64,000 nt of DNA from Lama glama (taxonomy: Eukaryota). Shown here piece after piece: positions 12,381 through 26,090 of this stretch (within the stretch, counting starts at the first letter, position 1; every line of letters starts with the position of its first letter). The translations under genes were made by a program, and so were the position numbers. The notes under the pieces were generated by a model. That model was not told the origin of the DNA. It saw nothing but the letters and a program-made list of their open reading frames with translations, and ran no database searches. Location: positions 76,386,001 to 76,450,000 of the forward strand of contig CM052817.1 in the NCBI GenBank assembly GCA_028534125.1. The letters run 5' to 3'.

Positions 12381-13789
12381 TAAACAAAGCATTATTTACA
12401 TTGACATCGTAAGCATTATTTTAACCATATAAATAAAATAAAGCATATTACATCTATAAATAAGGTTTTCTTTTATATAAAATGAAAAAATTGGTTCTAT
12501 GTAATATTTAAATGTAAGAAAAATCTCATATTTTGCTACCCTTAATTTAATTTCCAAATTTGGTAGTTAAATAATGGAAGAGTTTTAATATAGTTGGAAT
12601 AGAAAAAAAGTTAGTATGTTGAATATGTTAAAACCGTTTCAGAAAATAAAAATACTGAAAATATAAAGATACTAGAAATACAGAGATAAAGTCATTTTTG
12701 TGGCCAACTGGCTATTGGTAGTCAAAATATGAATTGGCATTCAAATGTACTGGGTAATTAAAACACTTCAGAAGATGGTTGTGCATAATTATATTACATG
12801 AATATATTAAGATTTTTTAATATTTCTAGTAGAATGTGGTTTCGATTGATTTAATCCTCATGGTGTTGTGGGTGTATAAGTCTAGTTGGAAATAGTCTTG
12901 GCCAGCTCACACAGCAACAGAGGCACTATTTGCATAAGTAGGATGTTATACTTGGGCTTGTATTTTTGGCTGCCTCTAGATTTATGACACCAATTCATTT
13001 TCTGCACAGACCGAAGAAAACCTGACAATGTGAAAAGAGGAGTTAATTTCCCTTTAAAAAATTGTTACATTTACTCTGATTTAAATTTACGTTTATGTGT
13101 CTGATTACCTCATTCATGACCATATACAAAACTGTAGATTTTCAATCACTTTATTATCTCCCATTGTGATGTTAGCAATGGAACCTGAGGCTGATGCAGG
13201 CAAATAGGAGGAAGCAGTATTAGTATTAACAGATAAATGTATTTATCCTAATTTTGGAGGTAAAAGAGTTATTTGCATACTGAATTGATAACAAAATAAA
13301 TGGCTCACATTTCCAGAGAAAGTATAGTCCTTGCTTATATAAAGCATTATATTAGTAAATAGATGGTCCATTTTTAACAGAAAAAGTATATAAATTTTAC
13401 TATACTATAAAATAATGCCATTATATTCTTTGGAAATATTCTGTTTTCTAATCTAAAATTTTCTTTATTTCGCTTAATATATTTAAAATACTTAGTAATT
13501 GCATGCTGGATTTCCCTATGGTTTTAAATACTACTTGACATAAAATAGATACTAATTTTTAAAATTTAATTTGAAATCAGTATAAATTATAGCATCATTC
13601 TTTAATAACTTTAATAAAATGTTTCTTAAATGTATGATCTTTTTTATTATAAGGATGACTTAAAGAGGGAAAATTTATGTTTTTTCATATATATATGAAA
13701 TACATATTTGTGGATAATAAATATACCAGTTAGAAAGAATTAAATTTCTCTTCTTCAAAGAGGTTAAAGTCTAGTAACAGAGTTGTAAG

Positions 13790-14280
13790 ATTTGTGTGTG
13801 TGTGGTGGAGAAAGACGCGATGGATGGATTGGGCTACACTTTCTAGAAACAGAAAAAAAGAGAATGTGAGCCTGTCACATGATAGCCACATATGAAGATA
13901 CAGAAGAGAAAACACAGTCAACAAAGGAACATTTCCAAGCAGCTGGTTTGTGGTTGATACGCTAAGCAGTGGAGAAGCAGCTAAGCCTGACAGTATAGAC
14001 AGGGACCAGTTTTGATGTACGAGGGAAAAAACATTGGACTTTTTAATCTTGTGGGCCTACAATTATTTTACTGGAGATTAAATAATAAAACTTGATTCTT
14101 TAAACAATATTATTCTGGGAGCTAAGTGGATAATTAATTTGATGAGTTAAGAATAGAAGTAGAGATACCGGGTGGAGAGGGTTGCTATTGATTAGGAGAA
14201 ATGTTATGGAGCTTTGAGCAAATCAAACAGAGTAACAGAGGTAGAAAAATGAGATAATGTGAGAAGTATTTATGAAAGTA
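13790..14280 (-). mobile_element. L2 LINE fragment
   Basis: Purine-rich antisense L2 pattern ('ttggactttttaatct', 'gagggttgctattg', 'gagataatgtgagaagtattt'). Confidence 0.5.
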
Positions 14281-15074
14281 TATTAAAAAATGTGTAACCC
14301 ATCTCTTTAAAAAATTAAAATATCAATCTAATTTTATTTGATATTTAAAATATATAATACGGTCAAAATAAATTAATACTAATTTTGAATGAGAGATGAA
14401 GAGACATACTAAATTAGATATAGTCGGATATATAGATACACATGTGTACACACACACAAAGAGCACTGAAAACTAACATTAATGAAAATTAATATTGATA
14501 AAAATCGCAATATAAACTTGGCCATGTTTGGGGTTAAGCAGAAGAATATTTTATTTAGTGTTATTGCTGAAGCATAAATACAACTCCATTTTAATTTGTT
14601 TTTAGATTTTATAATGTCTAAGTCACTTTTAAGTTTATTCTAACTTTTAATTAACTGGCTAAGAAGAGAACTGACTTATCTGCAATTTCACAAACCAGAA
14701 ATCTCACTGAGGCTTCTAACTTTGAGGAGAAAAGGTTTAGTTGTGGATGGAAAACTGTGGGAGTTCATGGTCTGTTAAAAAATACCTGAAGTGATGGCGA
14801 CTACATGTAACCTATGACTTTCACTGTGTCCGTTCTAATCATGTCTTATTATTTTCATGATCATTTAAGACATGTTTTCCTACATGTCAATGTCTGTACA
14901 CAGTTTAAAATATGTAATTCTGAGAAATAAAAAAAATCTCTGTGGAATAACTAACAGAAAGAAGATCTTTATTGTCATTGAATAACAGGAAAATGCAAGA
15001 GAAATAATACCTATGAGTAATGACAGAGTTCTAAATACTAACTTTGAAATTGTGAAGGATCTGAGAGGTCATCT

Positions 15075-15430
15075 GACAGTGTGCATAGGTTCCCTGCTCC
15101 CAAGCTCCCCGAAGAACAATACAGTGAGAGCCAAGTGTTCACCAACAAGTTTCAGCAAAGGAGAGGCTCCCCCAGATTACAAGATCTAGAGCTTATATGG
15201 CAATGATTAAGACATATGTCCAACTTTTCTCCCAAAGAAAAAGATTTCTCATTAAACAAATTCTCTGATGGACAGAGGGAATGCATTGCTAAACTTATTA
15301 CCTTAGAATATGAGGAAATGTTTCCAGGAAGGGGAAGGAGAGGATTTTATGCTTCCAAATCATTCTGTGAGTGTCTGTCTTGAAGATATCTTAGAGACGC
15401 TATCTCTGCTTAGAAGTACTATCTATTTGG
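15075..15430 (-). mobile_element. Putative old LTR fragment, family uncertain
   Basis: On the minus strand, a TATA-like 'catataagc' precedes a U5-like end '...ggagcagggaacctatgcacactgtca'. Confidence 0.35.
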
Positions 15431-15439
15431 ATTGATCAA

Positions 15440-15595
15440 GGAAGAGACCATGATCTGAGGAATTTAGGCAGCTTCTAGAAGCTGGAAAAGGCAAGGGAAC
15501 AGATTCACCCCTTGAACCTCCAGAGGGAATGAAGTCCTATTGATACCTTTATTTTAGCCCAGTGAAAGTAACTCTTAAGATTTCTGATGTCTATT
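15440..15595 (+). mobile_element. MLT1 (MaLR) LTR fragment, MLT1D-like
   Basis: 'ctagaagctggaaaaggcaagggaacagattcaccccttgaacctccagagggaa...ttttagcccagtga'. Confidence 0.75.
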
Positions 15596-15669
15596 CTTGT
15601 ATCCCATGACCACTTAAATTTTTAAAAGTCTGCATACATTAAGTTTATATGATATTGCCTATGTTTCAT

Positions 15670-15820
15670 TTATTCACCTTCATGCCACCCCAACCCCAAC
15701 CCAGCCTCAGCCTGATGGCAACCACTGATCTGTTTACCATCTCTTACATTTCTGCGTTTCCATGAATTGGAATCATGTAGCATGGTTTTTCAGGTTAACT
15801 TCTTTCACTTAACAATATGA
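15670..15820 (-). mobile_element. Old L1 3' end fragment
   Basis: 'ggcaaccactgatctgttt...ggaatcatgtagcat...cttctttcacttaacaatatg'. Confidence 0.65.
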
Positions 15821-17019
15821 GGAAAAATAAAATAGAAGAATATTTGCAGTTTAACTGTCAAGGTGTAAATGATCAACATTAGTAATTATGCATTTAGTGT
15901 GGATATATATGTTTTGTACTCAAATATGTAGTCTCTAAATCATAATAGTGGAAGGTGAATACAAATAAAATTTAAAGCATACCACGTTTGGACATTTTCT
16001 TAGTAAAGGTTGGCAATAGTTGATATCACCTAAATGAGAACTTCAAAAATGTGATGCAATTTATATCAGCGTAAGTTAATTTTAAGATCTATTCTGAAAC
16101 CCATCTACGCCGTCTGGGGAGAAATTCCTTGAGGGAAATCAAAGAACACTGCATCATGATTCTGTTTCCTGCCATTAGCAGTCATTGAAGACTTGTTAAT
16201 CACATCTGCTCTTCAACATTATTTGGCCATATGTTCATGCAGGTGAAACACTAACATTCATTGATTACAAAATTCCATTAATCTCTATCATCTTTGTCAC
16301 AAATAAATATTCTCCATATAGTGATATAGTCTTTCAAATACTATGATTTCTATATTGATTAAATTTTATCCACTGATTTATCCCAATCCTGACTTTTCCA
16401 TCTCTGTCTTTTCTGTTGTCCTCTGAAGATGCATTCTATGGTGACCAAAAGAAAATCTATTATGCTTTCTTATGTTTTTCATAGAATCTTCCCCAGATTC
16501 CTTGCTTTTTAATAAATGTTTATCTTTTCCAAGGATATCCATTAATTTTAGTGTTTTATTTTCTAACTCCATAGCCTTTGTTCGTTCCCATGTCATTTGT
16601 ACATGGCATTAAAACCTTCACCCTCAGTTGTTTTATTCCAGTCTCTTAGTCACTTAGTCACTCTGTATTTTATTGACTTCTTGGTTTCAATCTCAATGTC
16701 CTTTTAGCTACTTCTCTCTCTCTCCCTCTTCTTCCCCCACCCTTCCTTCTCTGTCTCTTTCTATCTCTATACACACATAATAAAAAGTTGTTATTTTCAT
16801 ATGGGTAAAAAATACATTTAAAATTCAATATGATATTCTCAAGGAACACCTGTTTTAAAAATGTGCAATTTACAGTCTATCCTTAAAGGAAAATAAATGG
16901 ATATTAGCAAATGTCTTTGCTATATTCTGACACTATTCCCTAAAAAAATGTGACCTCACGGTCTTTAGTGCACAGGTTTAGTGACTCAAAATGGAACCCT
17001 TAAGAGGTACTTCAAGAAT

Positions 17020-17240
17020 ATTCATTCATTTACAAATCACCCAAGAGTGATTACACTGTTCCAAATTGTTTCTGAACATGTAAGAATGAAAAGGCTCTGA
17101 CTTCATTTGAATAGATTTAGTCCAGTGAAGAGAAAGACATTCAAATGAAGAATTAATATATTATGTGATTTTTGCTATATTGAAAGCATGAATGTGGTAT
17201 GAGTGTTCATAGAAGAATTTACTGATTGACCATGCAGGTT
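17020..17240 (-). mobile_element. L2 3' end
   Basis: 'ttcattcatttacaaat' tail followed by L2-like body. Confidence 0.45.
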
Positions 17241-17322
17241 TGATACCCAGATGAGAACTTGTAAAGACCTATGATATAACTATATTTTTACCCATGAAGA
17301 CAACCAGAAACATACTTGTAGA

Positions 17323-17345
17323 AATAATAATAATAATAATAATAA
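17323..17345. repeat. (AAT)n microsatellite
   Basis: About 7 tandem aat units. Confidence 0.9.
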
Positions 17346-19780
17346 AATTACTTACAGCAATAGAGATCACACTCCATGAGTAATTGTGAGATCTCAATGA
17401 GAGAGAGTAAGGAGGGGCTTATAGGATTTGAGTTTGCATCAGGTGACTTGGGGGAAAAATGGCTGCCATTTATCTAATAGTTAGAATGGCTAGATACTGT
17501 GTGAAGTTTTTTCTTTTTCTTCTTTTTTAAGGTTATCAGTTACATGTTTTTGTTCTTTTCTTAAATTGAGATATAGTTGATTTACAGTATTTTATTAGTT
17601 TTGGTGTACAACAAAGTGATTCAAAATCTTTGTAAATTCTACTGCATTTACAGTTATTACAAAACATTGGCTATATTCCCTGTGCTGTATTATATATCCT
17701 GGTAGCTTGTTTACTTTATACATAGTATTTTGAACCTCTTTCTCCACTGCCATACCTTGCACCTTCGCCCTTCCTCCTCACAACTGGTAACCACTAATTT
17801 GTTCTTTGTACCTGTGAGTCTGTTTATTTTTGTTATATTCACTAATTTGTTTATTTTTTTAGATTCCACATGTAAGTGATAATGTACCGTATTTGACTTC
17901 CTCTCTGGCTTATATTACTAAGTATAATACCCTCCAGATCTATCCATATTGTTGCAAATGACAAAATTTTATTCTTTTTTATGGCTGAGTAGTATTCCAT
18001 TGTATACACCACCTCTTTCTTATCCATTCACCTGTTGATGGACACTTAGTTTGTGTCCATGTCTTGGCAATTGTAGATAATGCTGCTGAGAACATCAGGG
18101 TGCATGTATCTTTTCAAATTAGTTTTAGTTTTCTTCAGATACATATCTAGGAGTGGAATTCCTGGATCACAAGGTAGTTCTATTTTTAGTTTTTTCAGGA
18201 AACTGTATACTGTTTTCCACAGTGGCAGTACCAATTTACATTCCCACAACAGTGTACAAGGGTTCTCTTTTTTCCATATCCTCGTTACATTTGTTATTTG
18301 TGGTCTATTTTATAAAAATCATTCTAACATCTGGGAGGTGATATCTCATTGTGGTTTTGACTTGCTTTTCTCTGATGGTTAGTGACACTGAGCATCTTTT
18401 CATGTGCCTGTTGGCCATATGTATGTCTTCTTCGGAAAACTGTCAGTTCAGTTCTGTTTATTTTTTAATTGGGTTGTTTGATTTTTTTATGGTGAATTGC
18501 ATGAGCTATTTATATATGTTTGATATCAGTCCCTTACTAGTCATATCATTAGCAAAATTTTTCTACAACTCAGTAGACTGTCCTTTCATCTTCTCTGTGG
18601 TTTCCTTTGCCATGCAAAAGCTTTTCAGTTTAATTAGGTCCCATTTGTTTTTGTTTTTGTTTCCTTTATCTTAGGAGATAAATAAAAAAAATTGCTATGG
18701 GTTATGTCAAAAAGTGTCCTGCGTATGTTGTCTTCTAGAATTTTTGTTTCCAGTCTTTTCTTCTTTCTCAAGATTGTTTTGGCTATTTGAGGTCTTTTGT
18801 GTTTCCATACACATTTTGAAATTATTTGTTCTAGTTCTGTGGAAAATGCCCTTGATATATTGGATTGCAATGAGTCAATAGATTGCCTTGGGTAGTATGG
18901 ACATTTTAACAGTATTAATTCTTTCAGTCCATGAACACAATATATCTTTCCACCTGTTTGCATCATCCTCAGTTTCTTTCATCCGTGCTTATAGTTTTCC
19001 GAGAACAGGTCTTTTACCTCCTTAGGTAGGTTTATGCCTAGGAATTTTATTCTTTTTGATGTAATGGTAAATGGGGTTGTTTGCCTAATTTCTCTTTCTG
19101 ATAGTTTGTTGTTAGTTTATCAAAATGCAATAGATTTTTGTATATTAACTTTGTATCCTGCAACTTTACTGAGTTCATTGATGAGCTCTAGTAGTTTTTT
19201 GGTGGAGTCTTTAGGATTTTCTATGCATAGTATCATGGCATCTGCAGAAAGTGACAGTTTTACTTCTTTCCTTCCAGTTTGGACTGCTTTTATGTCTTCT
19301 TGTCTGATTGTTGTGACTTCCAATACTATGTTGAATAAAAGTGGTTGAGTGGGCATTCTTGTCTTGTTCCTTATATTAGAAAAATGCTTTTAGCTTTTCA
19401 CCACTGAGTTGATGTTAGCTGTGGGTTTGTCACATATGGTCTTTATTATGTTGAGGTGTGTTCCCTCTATGCCCACTTTCTGGAGAGTCTTTATCATAAA
19501 TAGATGTTGAATTTTATCAAAGGTTTTTTCTGCATCTATTGAGATGATCATATGATTTTTATTCTCCAATTTGTTAATGTGGTGTAGCACATTGATTGAT
19601 TTGCTGATATTGAAACATCCTTGCATCCCTGGGATAAGTCCACACTTGATCATGGTGTATGATCCTTTTAATGTATTGTTGAATTCCATTTGCTAATCTT
19701 TATTGAGGATTTTTATATCTACGTTTATCAGTGATATTGGATTGTAATTTTCTTTTTTTTATGGTATCTTTGGTTTTGAT

Positions 19781-20328
19781 TGTCGGAGCCTGCCGACAAT
19801 CGATCAGGTCCAGAAAACCTGTGCTGCAGGACTGAGAAAGAAAGACAAGACTAAAAGATGGGGTTGAGAGGGTCTCACTCTAGCCCGCAAGACGCTAGGT
19901 CAAGAGTGGATGACGAGTTTATTTCTTGCAGTTAATTTATATGATTTTAACCCATTAGCTCATACATTCCTGCACGCAGGCAAAGGTATTGTTTTAAGGC
20001 ACATTAACAACGTGTACTAAAATCATTAACTTGTATATTGTTACAGACATCATTATTGTTTACAGTTCTCGTAAAACTAAGATTAAGAGTTCCTGGAACC
20101 AAGATGATAANNNNNNNNNNNNNNNNNNNNNNNNNNNNNNNNNNNNNNNNNNNNNNNNNNNNNNNNNNNNNNNNNNNNNNNNNNNNNNNNNNNNNNNNNN
20201 NNNNNNNNNNATGGCGGGACAGAGATTGTCCTTGAGAGATCAACCTCAGAGCCTGACGCCCTGCACCGTGGGAGTTTAGGCCCAACCTCTGTGCTCGGCA
20301 GTCCTCAGGTCATGAGTGGCCCCCCGCA
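19781..20328 (-). mobile_element. Young betaretrovirus-like (ERV2) LTR containing a 100-N gap
   Basis: TG...CA termini. TSD ttgat at 19776-19780 and 20329-20333. Minus-strand TATAAA (19936-19941) lies 12 nt before AATAAA (19918-19923). 14 CpGs in 448 called bases. Confidence 0.85.
20111..20210. other. Assembly gap (100 N)
   Basis: Run of N inside the LTR. Confidence 1.
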
Positions 20329-21454
20329 TTGATGAGTTTGGAAATGTTTCTTTCTCTGGAAATTTTTGGACTAGTTTGAGAAGGATAGTTGTTTACTCTT
20401 CTCTAAATGTTTGGCAGAATTCACCTGTGAAACCACCTGGTCCTGGAAATTTATTTGTGGGATTTTAAAAATTATTATTACTGATTCAATGTTATTCATC
20501 GTAATTAGTCTGTGCATGTTTTCTGTTTCTTCCTGGTTCAGTCTTGAGAGATGGTGTATTTTTAGGAATTTGCCGATTTCTTCTAGACTGTCCATCTTGT
20601 TGGCATATGGTTATTTGTAGTAATCCCTAGGATCTTTTGTATTTCTGTGGTGTCAGTTGTAACTTGTCCTTTTTCATTTCTGATTTTATTGATTTGGGCT
20701 CCCTGTTTTTTTCTTGGTGAATCTGAGGAAGATTTCTCAATTTTGTTTATCTTTTTCTTGCTCTTAGTTTCATTGATCTTTTCTATTGTTTCTTTTAGTC
20801 TTTATTTCTTTTATTTCTGCTCTGATCTCTATGATTTCTTTCCTTCTACTAACTTTGAGCTTTATTTGTTCTTCTTTTACTACTTGCTTTATGGATGATA
20901 TTAGGTTGTTTATTTGAGATTTTCCTTGTTTGTTGAGGTAAGCTTGTATCACTATAAACTAGGACTAGAAGACTAGAAGAATGATTTAATTTAGCTCATG
21001 GCTGTGTGCCCTACTTTAGGATACAAATCATGAGAATACTTTCTGAAATGTAACACATTTGGAGTCCTGAGCCACACAGTTGAGTGTATGATAGTATTCT
21101 GTTTAAGAAGCTCCATTCAACAGCCTAACAAAAACAACACAGAAATATCCTTTCATAGGATATTGTGTGAGATCCAATTCCTAAGCCTTAGACTCCTCTC
21201 CCTAATTCCCCACACTTTGTGTTCTCTTGAACCTATCTTTCTTCCCAATGCTCCGAACTCTTCTTGTTTACTCTCAATCCACTTGCATCTCCTTTCTTCT
21301 CTTCCAGTTCTTTATTTGTAGATTGATTTTGTCCATTTGAAGAGTCTATATAATAAAAATCTAGGGATTAATTTAGGAAGAATATGTTCTTTTGGATTGG
21401 ATCAGGGAATATTTCTACATTATTTTTCTTATTAGATCGTTTGTATTATCTTAT

Positions 21455-21695
21455 TATAGAATAATGGTTAAAAGCATAATCTTTTATTTTTGTGAGACGT
21501 ACCCAAAATTGAGACCATGTTGAGTCATTTGTTAACTATATAAACTGGGAGAAGTTACATATGAGCTTGAAACTCTAAATATCAAAAATATGGTACTGAG
21601 GTCATAGAGTTATTGAGAAGGTTAAACGATAATAATGCATACAACGTTTGAATCCAATGTCTAGAATAGAGTGAGCATGCAATAAAAGCCAGATA
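21455..21695 (+). mobile_element. MIR SINE
   Basis: 'aatggttaaaagcat...tcatagagttattgagaaggttaaacgataataatgcat...gagtgagcatgcaataaa'. Confidence 0.65.
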
Positions 21696-21814
21696 ATAAA
21701 ATAAACAAACAATTAAAATTACCAATAAATCCTCATAACACTCTCTAAGAACTGCTATTGAAAGATGAGGAAATGAAATAATTATGAAATTAAAACTTAA
21801 TATACATTAGACTG

Positions 21815-21980
21815 ATTCCATTCTCACAAAAACCCTGGAGTGCTGGACTTAATCCTAGTTTTGATAAAAAGTGAGAAATTGAGAGTCCATATAGTTTTCT
21901 GGAGTTTACACAGCTAGTATGTGGCAACAATGTACCTAAAAATCCAGGTCTCGTGATGCTTAATCCTATATTGCTGTTTA
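21815..21980 (-). mobile_element. MIR SINE
   Basis: 'ttctcacaaaaaccctg...gtgagaaattgagagt...tacacagctagtatgtggca...aatccaggtct'. Confidence 0.6.
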
Positions 21981-24900
21981 ATGTCACATCCCAAATCCTA
22001 GCACAATACATGTTGGATCAATGTACATTAAAGATTTGGGATGAAAAATTGATTGTAGTCTTGAGTTTGGTTTTATATATATTTTTAGTAAAGTAAATAG
22101 AATCCTTTTTGATTTGATAAAAGGTTTTGTCTTATTTCACAGGGTTTTTGCGTGTTAAATGGAGTTTGCTTTTTATTTTCTAATCTTAATAAAAATTTTA
22201 TTTTTGTGTCAAGCTAGAGAAAATCAGGAGTGATGTAACATGACCTTTTCTATTCTATGTCTTGGGAAAATTAGCAGCTGATAATTTGAAGTGTTCTAAT
22301 AAAAGCATTTCTACAGCTTATTTTAATCAAGTAAGAAAGATGCTTTTGAATATGTCACTGAGAATCAAGAGGAATGCCTAATTTTATCATTTTCATCAAC
22401 TTTGTACAATCTCCCAAGCTAAACATTTTATTTTTTGATATTTAACTCCTCATGCCTACATAATTTTGCCCCATCTATTTTCATATTAGAATGTAGCTTC
22501 ACGATTTTAAGTGAAGGATTGAAATGATGTGCTTACAGGCCAGAAGCTTGCATGAAGGGAAAACAAAGTTCTCTTCTGTATTTCCTCTTATAACAAATTC
22601 AGCTCTCATTGCTAAATTCCAGTCAACATGACTTTTTAATAAATTACTATTTATTTATCACCAATAGCTAAGTTAATGATTTAAATTCTTTCTTGAACTC
22701 AATTTTACTTCAGAAACGTAAAAATTTTAAATGTGATACTTTTTTTTCCCTGTGCACACAAGACTTTCTGTTATATTTTACACTGAGTGGTCTTGTGCAA
22801 AACATTGTGTGTGCTCTTTGCACTATTTCTGTAGACTATAGCTGTCTTGCTCTGTGTGGATATATGTGTAATTTTATTAATCAGAAACATTATTTAAGCA
22901 TAATGACTGGCTAATATTAGCAATAATTTTCTGTGTCAGAAAGAATAGATACATGTTTAGATATTTGGGGTACTTCTTAATTATAAAATATATATGTGTT
23001 AAGTATTATACTAACAAGCAGGTTAATATAAAGACATTGTAAATATCACTCCTAAAATATATTACACATTATAATAGTTTTTAAAAGCCAGTTTTGGATG
23101 TTAAGTATCTAAAGAGCCACTCAAAATAACTACAGATAAGAGTCAATTTTAATAAATGGTTATCTGTATTCTTTTCTGAAAGCCTTTGTGTCAATAGTAT
23201 TTTAGGTCCCTGAATATATCACAGTCAAACTAATATTTTGAAATAATTAAAATTTCAGATTTGCAAAGTTCCAAATCACAGTATTTTTGGAGTAGCAAGT
23301 TGAACAGAAAAATTACAGTATCATCTCTTATAAGAGAAAATACTTTTATATTTACAGTAATTTTTATGTTCGGCATTTTAACTGTTTGTAAGTGAGATTT
23401 TATTCTGGCACAATAGAATAATTGGCTCAAAAATAGAAAATAACAAAGAGAAGCAACTTCTTGTGTAGATGCATTTATATTAAAGAAGTTGATCATTTGT
23501 TATTTTAAGACATCAATGCAGAATTTGATGACTCTTTAAAAGACGGAACTTTACATTTAATATGTAAACTTAATATATAACCTTCTTAATTAACAGGCAT
23601 TATAAATTTAATTTTAAGAAATTTATACAGTATAGTAAGATTGAATAAATGTGTAATTATCTGAATGTAGCTATTTTGTGCATAAGAATATTACAACACA
23701 ACAAATTTTCTTTACTATATAGAAATTGATAGATAAACCCATTAGTTATTTTAATCTTTACCCCTTATAAAACAGTATTCCATGTTTATCATAACTTAAG
23801 AAATTGCACAGTCTTTTGAATCCCATAAATTTATGGTAAATTGCTTAGTTTGTATGAACCAATCATTTGGAACTAAGAACTGATAAATATTTCTTTGCTA
23901 GAATAAGATAATTTTCTAAAGGAGCTTTAACTTTAAAAGTCATATGTAAACATTTCACAGTACTGAGTTCATTACTCCCCACCACAAGTAGATAGTTTGA
24001 GTAATTACAGGAAAAGTGATAATAAAATACAATGGAAAGAAATCTGGACAGAAAGAGAATCTACATTCTATTATAGCATTGCCAATAATTTACTCTGTGG
24101 ACTTGACTGAGTTTTTGCATTTGCTTAATAGTATTTTATTCTTTTGTGAATTATCTTTTTATTTGCTTATTATATCTTTCCATGCTGGAGTTTGCATCTT
24201 TTTCTACTCATTATTAAAAACTTTACAGCTTTTCTGGCCTTTGATATATTTTTCATTACATAAACAAGATTTCTATGTTCTATACTTTTTCTTTGAAATA
24301 TAAATGCATATGAAAATGCAAAGCACACACTCGTTAGTATTTTATTTTAAAGTTTAAATTCATATTTAATTTTATAGTTTTCTAAATATAATTATTTTAT
24401 ATAGATAGTTAAATGAGAAGGATGAGGTCTGGTTTGTGACAATTTAGACTATAAAGGCAGGTCCAGAATATAGAAAAAGATTGTTATTTTGTACCAAATG
24501 TAGTACAAATGTACTATGTAGTTCTAACATAAAATGATGCAGTCTTATTAAAATACAATAAATGTTAATATTTTTATCTGGTGTAAGGTAAATGTTTTCA
24601 CATAAGTAACAGTATAAGCTATAGATTAAAAATAAGAAGTTATTAAAAAATTTTGTAGGATACAGTACTGATAATTGAGTTCCAAGAAACTCCCGTTATA
24701 ATGTGCATAAGCAAATATTAGAGGCACAGATGACAATTACACAATAAAAAATAAATGACATAGACTATGTTAAAGAGCAAGGATGCTACATTCTCAAATA
24801 CTCTGGTCTTGACCTCCTACAAACACCACGGGGACCTGCCCCATTTGTATCCTCCCTGAAATCCCTTTCCTACCAGAACTCCTGACTTGGGCAACTTCTC

Positions 24901-25204
24901 CAGTAGTTGGTGGCAGAAGACATTTCCAATTAGATTGCTAGGATAACAGAGTGAGAAGTCATTTTCGGTCACCCACTCAGATATACTTCCTTCATTCCAT
25001 CCCATAACCAGCTCACTGTGTGTGGGCTCTGCACCCCTTGAATATTATGTTCTATTTTGGGGGGTCCTGCTCTGGATCTAAGCATGTCACTTCATTTACC
25101 ATCCCACTTCTGCAAATATGATAGACATTTTGTATTTCCCTTCTTAAAAATTTAGCTTTATTAAGGTATAACTGACATATAAAATTGTATTTCCTTTTCC
25201 TTTA

Positions 25205-25370
25205 AAATATCCTTATGAAGTTGATAATATAATTATATCATTTTACAGATAATGAAAGAGAGGTAAAACAAATAAGTTGCTAAACATTAAAAATTCATAT
25301 TGTAGAGCTAGGATCTAAACCCAGGCAGTGTTATTCTCAGAGATGGACTCCTAAATGATTTACTAAAATA
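25205..25370 (-). mobile_element. MIR SINE
   Basis: 'cattttacagataatgaaagagaggtaaa...agagctaggatctaaacccaggcagt'. Confidence 0.65.
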
Positions 25371-25459
25371 CTTGCTAATCAAATGCGTCTGTCACTTAAT
25401 GTCATAGATCATTTTTGCATTAGTGACCTGCAGTACGTGTGAGGCCTTGCTACAAGATA

Positions 25460-26090
25460 CATTTAGCAAATATAATTGGGTCAGGCACTGTGCTAGGAAG
25501 TCAGAACATAACAGTGAACAATTTAGAAGACACTATTTGCAAGCATTAAGAGTCTAGTTGAGGGCATTAGACCGTAAAACAAGCAATTACAGTCGTGTGT
25601 GATTATAGAGAATGTTTGGTTTTTTTCAGAATTACATAAGAGGAGAGAGAAACCGCTAATACTTCCTGGAGAAAACTGATGTTTATGCTAAGAACTGAAT
25701 GATAAAATGAGAAGTACAGGAATCAATGTGGGATGGGTTAAAAAAAATAAAAAGAGTTTGAAGCAGAGAGAATAGCTGTGTGAGATAAATCACAGCAATA
25801 AATACTATGAAATGCTCTGAAAATGGAATAAAATTAGCCTGCCTGGAACAAAATAATTGATTAAGCTGAATCTGAGGCAGGAGGACGATTTTAATGTAGA
25901 AATGGTGGAGAATGAGATAAATTTGAAGATATAATAATGAAGTTCATAATTATGTATTTTAGTTTAATTTTTAATGGTGATAAAATACTCAACATAATCT
26001 GGTTGTGGAAGCCAACTATGAGAAAGAAATGACAAATGGTCTTGGTCTGAAGAAGTGAGTAGGTGTCTGAAAGGAAAAATGAATGATGCA
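25460..26090 (-). mobile_element. L2 3' region
   Basis: 'catttagcaaata...caggcactgtgctagga...acagtgaacaa' followed by purine-rich L2 body. Confidence 0.6.

Larger units (their letters stand above)
17547..20960 (-). mobile_element. 5'-truncated, decayed L1 (ORF2 including RT domain, 3'UTR), with an internal deletion near 18755 and an LTR inserted at 19781-20328
   Basis: ORF2 peptides: [78 protein letters not shown] (decayed FADD motif); WECKLVLPLWKTVYSFLKKLKIELP. Many frameshifts. No TSD found. Confidence 0.95.

Noticed and set aside
12928..13278. Two octamer motifs (ATTTGCAT) as a POU enhancer
   Set aside because: The motif recurs several times elsewhere in this AT-rich window, consistent with background.
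17259..17505. Possible old LTR hosting the large L1, resuming at ~20961-21025
   Set aside because: The composition is suggestive, but I could not establish termini, a TSD or a family.
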